Source: Mobula hypostoma (lineage: Eukaryota). From it: a DNA stretch of 64,000 bases. Location: positions 115,818,001 to 115,882,000 of the forward strand of contig NC_086108.1 in assembly GCF_963921235.1 (NCBI RefSeq), read 5' to 3'. The notes under the pieces are model-generated. The model searched no databases. It was not told the origin of the DNA and saw nothing but the letters and a program-made list of their open reading frames with translations. Positions 54,841-64,000 of this stretch are shown piece after piece (position 1 is the stretch's first letter; every line of letters starts with the position of its first letter). The position numbers were made by a program, and so were the translations under genes.

Positions 54841-57100
54841 CAGATATATACACACACACATGAATACACACACACACACACACATGCAGATATACACACA
54901 CACATCAATACACACACACATGCAGATATACACACACACACATCAATACACACACACAGACATGCAGATATACACACACGCATCAATACACACACACACA
55001 GGCAGATGTACACACAAATCAATACACACACACACACACAGGCAGATATACACACACACATGAATACACACACAAACACACATGCAGATATACACACACA
55101 CATCAATACACACACACACATGCAGATATACACACACATCAATACACACACACATGCAGATATACACACACACATTAATACACACACAGGCAGATATACA
55201 CACACACAGGCAGACATACACACACGCATCAATACACGCACACACACATGCAGATATACATATGCACACATGCAGGTATATACACACACATGGAGATATA
55301 CACACACACATCAATACACACACACATGCAGATTTCCACACACACATCAATACACACACACTGATGCAGATATACACACACACACAGGCAGATATACACA
55401 CACATCAACACACACACACACACAGGCAAATATACACACACATATCAATACACACACACATGCAGATATACACACACATCAATACACATACACACACAGG
55501 CAGATGTATACACACACATCAATACACACACACACATGCAGATATACACACACATATCCATACACACACACATGCAGATATACACACACACACACATCAA
55601 TACACACACAGACATGCAGATATACACACACGCATCAATACACACACACACAGGCAGATGTACACACAAATCAATACACACACACACACAGGCAGATATA
55701 CACACACACACATGAATACACACACACACATGCAGATATACACACACACATCAATACACACACACATGCAGATATACACACACACACATCAATACACACA
55801 CAGACATGCAGATATACACACACGCATCAATACACACACACACAGGCAGATGTACACACAAATCAATACACACACACACACACACAGGCAGATATACACA
55901 CACACATGAATACACACACACACACATGCAGATATACACACACACATCAATACACACACACATGCAGATATACACACACATCAATACACACACACATGCA
56001 GATATACACACACACATCAATACACACACACACAGGCAGATATACACACACATCAATACACACACACACATGCAGATATACACACACACATCAATACGCA
56101 AACACACACATGCAGATATACACACACATCAATACACACACACATGCAGATATACACCCACACATCAATACACACACACACACATGCAGATATACACACA
56201 CACATCAATTCACACACACACATACAGATATACACACACACACATGCAGATACACACACACACACATCAATACACACACACACACATGCAGATATACACA
56301 CACACATCAATACACACACACAGGCAGATATACACACACAGGCAGATATACACACACAGGCAGATATACACACACGCATCAATACACGCACACACACACG
56401 CAGATATACATACACACACATGCAGATATATACACACACATGGAGATATACACACACACATGCAGATTTCCACACAAACATCAATACACACACACACACA
56501 CATGCATATATACACACACATGCAGATATACACACACACATCAATACACACACACACACACATGCAGATATACACACACACACATGCAGATCTACACACA
56601 CATGCAGATATATACACACACATCAATACACACACATGCAGATATACACACACACATGTAGATATACACACACATCAATACACACACACACACATACATG
56701 CAGATATACACACGCACATCAATACATGCACACACATGCAGATATACACACAGATCAATACACACACACACATGCAGATATACACACACAGATCAATACA
56801 CACACATGCAGGTATACACACACACATCAATACACACACACACACACACACACACATGAAGATATACACACACATCAATACACACACACATGCAGATGTA
56901 CACACACACATCAATACACACACACACACATACACAGGCAGATATACACACAGACATCAATACACACACACACACACACACACACACATGCAGATATACA
57001 CACACACATCAATACGCAAACACACACATGCAGATATACACACACATCAATACACACACACATGCAGATATACACCCACACATCAATACACACACACACA
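44900..57100 (+). repeat. Overlapping higher-order duplications at offsets ~3.3 kb and ~5.05 kb, plus a 557 bp tandem duplication (~47300-48420)
   Basis: CTGATACAGA at 46197/49561/54609; GGCAGACATA at 50161/55209; CATCACATGC at 47511/48068/50847/53084. Identical ORFs at +3336, +5048 and +557. Confidence 0.82.
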
Positions 57101-60100
57101 CATGCAGATATACACACACACATCAATTCACACACACACATACAGATATACACACACACACATGCAGATACACACACACACATCAATACACACACACACA
57201 TGCAGATATACACACACACAGTAATACACACACACAGGCAGATATACACACGCATCAATACACGCACACACACATGCAGATATACATACACACACATGCA
57301 GATATATACACACACATGGAGATATACACACACACATCAATACACACACACATGCAGATTTCCACACAAACATCAATACACACACACACACACATGCATA
57401 TATACACACACACATGCAGATATACACACACACATCAATACACACACACACACACATGCAGATATACACACACACACATGCAGATCTACACACACATGCA
57501 GATATATACACACACATCAATACACACACATGCAGATATACACACACACATGTAGATATACGCACACATCAATACACACACACACACATACATGCAGATA
57601 TACACACACACATCAATACATGCACACACATGCAGATATACACACACATCAATACACACACACACATGCAGATATACACACACACATCAATACACACACA
57701 TGCAGGTATACACACACATCAATACACACACACACACACACATGCAGATATACACACACATCAATACACACACACATGCAGATGTACACACACACACATC
57801 AATACACACACACACACACATACACATGCAGATATACACACAGACATCAATACACACACACACACACACACACATGCAGATATACACACACACATCAATA
57901 CGCAAACACACACATGCAGATATACACACACATCAATACACACACACATGCAGATATACACCCACACATCAATACACACACACACATGCAGATATACACA
58001 CACACATCAATTCACACACACACATACAGATATACACACACACACATGCAGATACACACACACACACATCAATACACACACACACACATGCAGATATACA
58101 CACACATCAATACACACACACATGCAGATATACACACACACATCAATACACACACACACAGGCAGATATACACACACATCAATACACACACACACATGCA
58201 GATATACACACACACATCAATACGCAAACACACACATGCAGATATACACACACATCAATACACACACACATGCAGATATACACACACACATCAATACACA
58301 CACACACACATGCAGATATACACACACACATCAATTCACACACACACATACAGATATACACACACACACATGCAGATACACACACACACATCAATACACA
58401 CACACACATGCAGATATACACACACACATTAATACACACACACACAGGCAGATATACACACACAGGCAGATATACACACACAGGCAGATATACACACACG
58501 CATCAATACACGCACACACACACGCAGATATACATACACACACATGCAGATATATACACACACATGGAGATATACACACACACATGCAGATTTCCACACA
58601 AACATCAATACACACACACACACACATGCATATATACACACACATGCAGATATACACACACACATCAATACACACACACACACACATGCAGATATACACA
58701 CACACACATGCAGATCTACACACACATGCAGATATATACACACACATCAATACACACACATGCAGATATACACACACACATGTAGATATACACACACATC
58801 AATACACACACACACACATACATGCAGATATACACACGCACATCAATACATGCACACACATGCAGATATACACACAGATCAATACACACACACACATGCA
58901 GATATACACACACAGATCAATAACACACACATGCAGGTATACACACACACATCAATACACACACACACACACACACACACATGAAGATATACACACACAT
59001 CAATACACACACACATGCAGATGTACACACACACATCAATACACACACACACACATACACAGGCAGATATACACACAGACATCAATACACACACACACAC
59101 ACACACACATGCAGATATACACACACACATCAATACGCAAACACACACATGCAGATATACACACACATCAATACACACACACATGCAGATATACACCCAC
59201 ACATCAATACACACACACACACATGCAGATATACACACACACATCAATTCACACACACACATACAGATATACACACACACACATGCAGATACACACACAC
59301 ACATCAATACACACACACACATGCAGATATACACACACACATTAATACACACACACAGGCAGATATACACACACGCATCAATACACGCACACACACACGC
59401 AGATATACATACACACACATGCAGATATATACACACACATGGAGATATACACACACACATCAATACACACACACATGCAGATTTCCACACAAACATCAAT
59501 ACACACACACACACACATGCATATATACACACACACATGCAGATATACACACACACATCAATACACACACACACACACATGCAGATATACACACACACAC
59601 ATGCAGATCTACACACACATGCAGATATATACACACACATCAATACACACACATGCAGATATACACACACACATGTAGATATACGCACACATCAATACAC
59701 ACACACACACATACATGCAGATATACACACGCACATCAATACATGCACACACATGCAGATATACACACACATCAATACACACACACACATGCAGATATAC
59801 ACACACACATCAATACACACACATGCAGGTATACACACACATCAATACACACACACACACACACATGCAGATATACACACACATCAATACACACACACAT
59901 GCAGATGTACACACACACACATCAATACACACACACACACACATACACATGCAGATATACACACAGACATCAATACACACACACACACACACACACATGC
60001 AGATATACACACACACATCAATACGCAAACACACACATGCAGATATACACACACATCAATACACACACACATGCAGATATACACCCACACATCAATACAC

Positions 60101-63100
60101 ACACACACATGCAGATATACACACACACATCAATTCACACACACACATACAGATATACACACACACACATGCAGATACACACACACACATCAATACACAC
60201 ACACACATGCAGATATACACACACACATTAATACACACACACAGGCAGATATACACACACACAGGCAGATATACACACACGCATCAATACACGCACACAC
60301 ACATGCAGATATACATATGCACACATGCAGGTATATACACACACATGGAGATATACACACACACATCAATACACACACACATGCAGATTTCCACACACAC
60401 ATCAATACACACACACACACATACATGCAGATATACACACGCACATCAATACATGCACACACATGCAGATATACACACACATCAATACACACACACACAT
60501 GCAGATATACACACACACATCAATACACACACATGCAGGTATACACACACATCAATACACACACACACACACACATGCAGATATACACACACATCAATAC
60601 ACACACACATGCAGATGTACACACACACACATCAATACACACACACACACACATACACAGGCAGATATACACACAGACATCAATACACACACACACACAC
60701 ACACATGCAGATATACACACACACATCAATACGCAAACACACACATGCAGATATACACACACATCAATACACACACACATGCAGATATACACCCACACAT
60801 CAATACACACACACACATGCAGATATACACACACACATCAATTCACACACACACATACAGATATACACACACACACATGCAGAGATACACACACACACAT
60901 CAATACACACACACACATGCAGATATACACACACACATTAATACACACACACAGGCAGATATACACACACACAGGCAGATATACACACACGCATCAATAC
61001 ACGCACACACACATGCAGATATACATATGCACACATGCAGGTATATACACACACATGGAGATATACACACACACATCAATACACACACACATGCAGATTT
61101 CCACACACACATCAATACACACACACTGATGCAGATATACACACACACACAGGCAGATATACACACACATCAACACACACACACACACACAGGCAAATAT
61201 ACACACACATATCAATACACACACACATGCAGATATACACACACATCAATACACATACACACACAGGCAGATGTATACACACACATCAATACACACACAC
61301 ACATGCAGATATACACACACATATCCATACACACACACATGCAGATATACACACACACACATCAATACACACACAGACATGCAGATATACACACACCCAT
61401 CAATACACACACACACAGGCAGATGTACACACAAATCAATACACACACACACACAGGCAGATATACACACACACACATGAATACACACACACACACATGC
61501 AGATACACACACACACATCAATACACACACACATGCAGATATACACACACACACATCAATACACACACACACAGGCAGATGTACACACAAATCAATACAC
61601 ACACACAGGCAGATATACACACACACACATGAATACACACACACACACATGCAGATATACACACACACATCAATACACACACACATGCAGATATACACAC
61701 ACATCAATACACACACACATGCAGATATACACACACACATCAATACACACACACACAGGCAGATATACACACACATCAATACACACACACACATGCAGAT
61801 ATACACACACACATCAATACGCAAACACACACATGCAGATATACACACACATCAATACACACACACATGCAGATATACACCCACACATCACATGCAGATA
61901 TACACACACACATCAATACACACACACATGCAGATATACACACACATGAATACACACACACATGCAGATATACACACACACATCAATACACACACACACA
62001 GGCAGATATACACACACATCAATACACACACACACATGCAGATATACACACACACATCAATACGCAAACACACACATGCAGATATACACACACATCAATA
62101 CACACACACATGCAGATATACACCCACACATCAATACACACACACACACATGCAGATATACACACACACATCAATTCACACACACACATACAGATATACA
62201 CACACACACATGCAGATACACACACACACATCAATACACACACACACATGCAGATATACACACACACATTAATACACACACACAGGCAGATATACACACA
62301 CAGGCAGATATACACACACAGGCAGATATACACACACGCATCAATACACGCACACACACACGCAGATATACATACACACACATGCAGATATATACACACA
62401 CATGGAGATATACACACACACATGCAGATTTCCACACAAACATCAATACACACACACACACACATGCATATATACACACACATGCAGATATACACACACA
62501 CATCAATACACACACACACACACATGCAGATATACACACACACACATGCAGATCTACACACACATGCAGATATATACACACACATCAATACACACACATG
62601 CAGATATACACACACACATGTAGATATACACACACATCAATACACACACACACACATACATGCAGATATACACACGCACATCAATACATGCACACACATG
62701 CAGATATACACACAGATCAATTCACACACACACATGCAGATATACACACACAGATCAATACACACACATGCAGGTATACACACACACATCAATACACACA
62801 CACACACACACACACACATGAAGATATACACACACATCAATACACACACACATGCAGATGTACACACACACATCAATACACACACACACACATACACAGG
62901 CAGATATACACACAGACATCAATACACACACACACACACACACACATGCAGATATACACACACACATCAATACGCAAACACACACATGCAGATATACACA
63001 CACATCAATACACACACACATGCAGATATACACCCACACATCAATACACACACACACACATGCAGATATACACACACACATCAATTCACACACACACATA

Positions 63101-64000
63101 CAGATATACACACACACACATGCAGATACACACACACACATCAATACACACACACACACATGCAGATATACACACACACATTAATACACACACACAGGCA
63201 GATATACACACACGCATCAATACACGCACACACACACGCAGATATACATACACACACATGCAGATATATACACACACATGGAGATATACACACACACATC
63301 AATACACACACACATGCAGATTTCCACACAAACATCAATACACACACACACACACATGCATATATACACACACACATGCAGATATACACACACACATCAA
63401 TACACACACACACACACATGCAGATATACACACACACACATGCAGATCTACACACACATGCAGATATATACACACACATCAATACACACACATGCAGATA
63501 TACACACACACATGTAGATATACACACACATCAATACACACACACACACATACATGCAGATATACACACGCACATCAATACATGCACACACATGCAGATA
63601 TACACACACATCAATACACACACACACATGCAGATATACACACACACATCAATACACACACATGCAGGTATACACACACATCAATACACACACACACACA
63701 CACATGCAGATATACACACACATCAATACACACACACATGCAGATGTACACACACACACATCAATACACACACACACACACATACACATGCAGATATACA
63801 CACAGACATCAATACACACACACACACACACACACATGCAGATATACACACACACATCAATACGCAAACACACACATGCAGATATACACACACATCAATA
63901 CACACACACATGCAGATATACACCCACACATCAATACACACACACACATGCAGATATACACACACACATCAATTCACACACACACATACAGATATACACA
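55940..64000 (+). repeat. ~2.12 kb tandem duplication (~55940-58060, ~58060-60190) with a third copy at ~61950-64000, and a 710 bp tandem duplication (~59700-61120)
   Basis: TGAAGATATA at 56857/58982/62819; TAGATATACGCA at 57553/59676. ORFs recur at +2123, +3839 and +710. Confidence 0.85.

Larger units (their letters stand above)
36722..64000 (+). repeat. CA-rich satellite array, subfamily B (continues beyond window end)
   Basis: Same monomer, different recurrent variants: TGGAGATATA, TGCAGATTTCCA, GGCAGATGTA, TCAATACGCAAA, GAGGTAGATA, CGCTTCAATA, TGCAGATCTA, TGAAGATATA. Confidence 0.97.

Noticed and set aside
1..64000. Hundreds of ORFs, including long ones (38430-41144, 904 aa; 44672-47329, 885 aa; 50756-53164, 802 aa), resembling His/Thr-rich or Cys/Val-rich metal-binding proteins
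   Set aside because: They are open in several frames and on both strands at once. ATG comes from the CATG in the monomer and stops are rare by composition. Paralogous copies differ by 2 bp frameshifting indels, so no reading frame is conserved.
1..64000. CRISPR-like repeat/spacer alternation
   Set aside because: The recurring words are only 6-10 bp, the intervening sequence is just (CA)n rather than unique spacers, and there are no cas genes or leader.
1..64000. Telomeric repeat tract (C/A-rich strand, resembling yeast C1-3A)
   Set aside because: There are no regular C runs or TTAGGG-type units. Internal inversion and kb-scale duplications indicate a recombination-amplified satellite rather than telomerase product.
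1..64000. Array of GATA-factor sites (AGATA in every monomer)
   Set aside because: The monomer reads AGATAT, not the canonical WGATAR. Only a few variants (AGATAA, AGATAG) fit, so there is no support for a regulatory call.

Overview
The whole window is one (CA)n-derived satellite/minisatellite field. I see no credible gene, RNA gene, mobile element or CRISPR array, and every ORF in the track is a translation of CA/TG repeats (poly His-Thr or Cys-Val). The monomer is about 32-40 bp: TGCAGATATA-(CA)4-5-TCAATA-(CA)4-8, with many point variants that work as lineage markers. The structure above monomer level is what is interesting. (1) A ~2.1 kb inverted block at 9584-11685. Its right junction is a ~110 bp near-perfect fold-back palindrome with a 15 nt loop, and its left junction is a motif-free degenerate CA patch. 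(2) Nested, irregular higher-order duplications with offsets of about 0.4-8.4 kb, built from reshuffled 150-300 bp modules. (3) A 200-N scaffold gap at 36522-36721 separating two subfamilies with the same monomer but almost non-overlapping diagnostic variants. (4) Strong conservation of the dinucleotide register. The round gap size and the satellite content suggest a scaffolded eukaryotic assembly (inference). I found no evidence of a novel protein-coding system, and any functional role for the satellite is a hypothesis. Duplication boundaries were estimated by eye from shared variants and ORF-track offsets and are approximate (about +/-100 bp).
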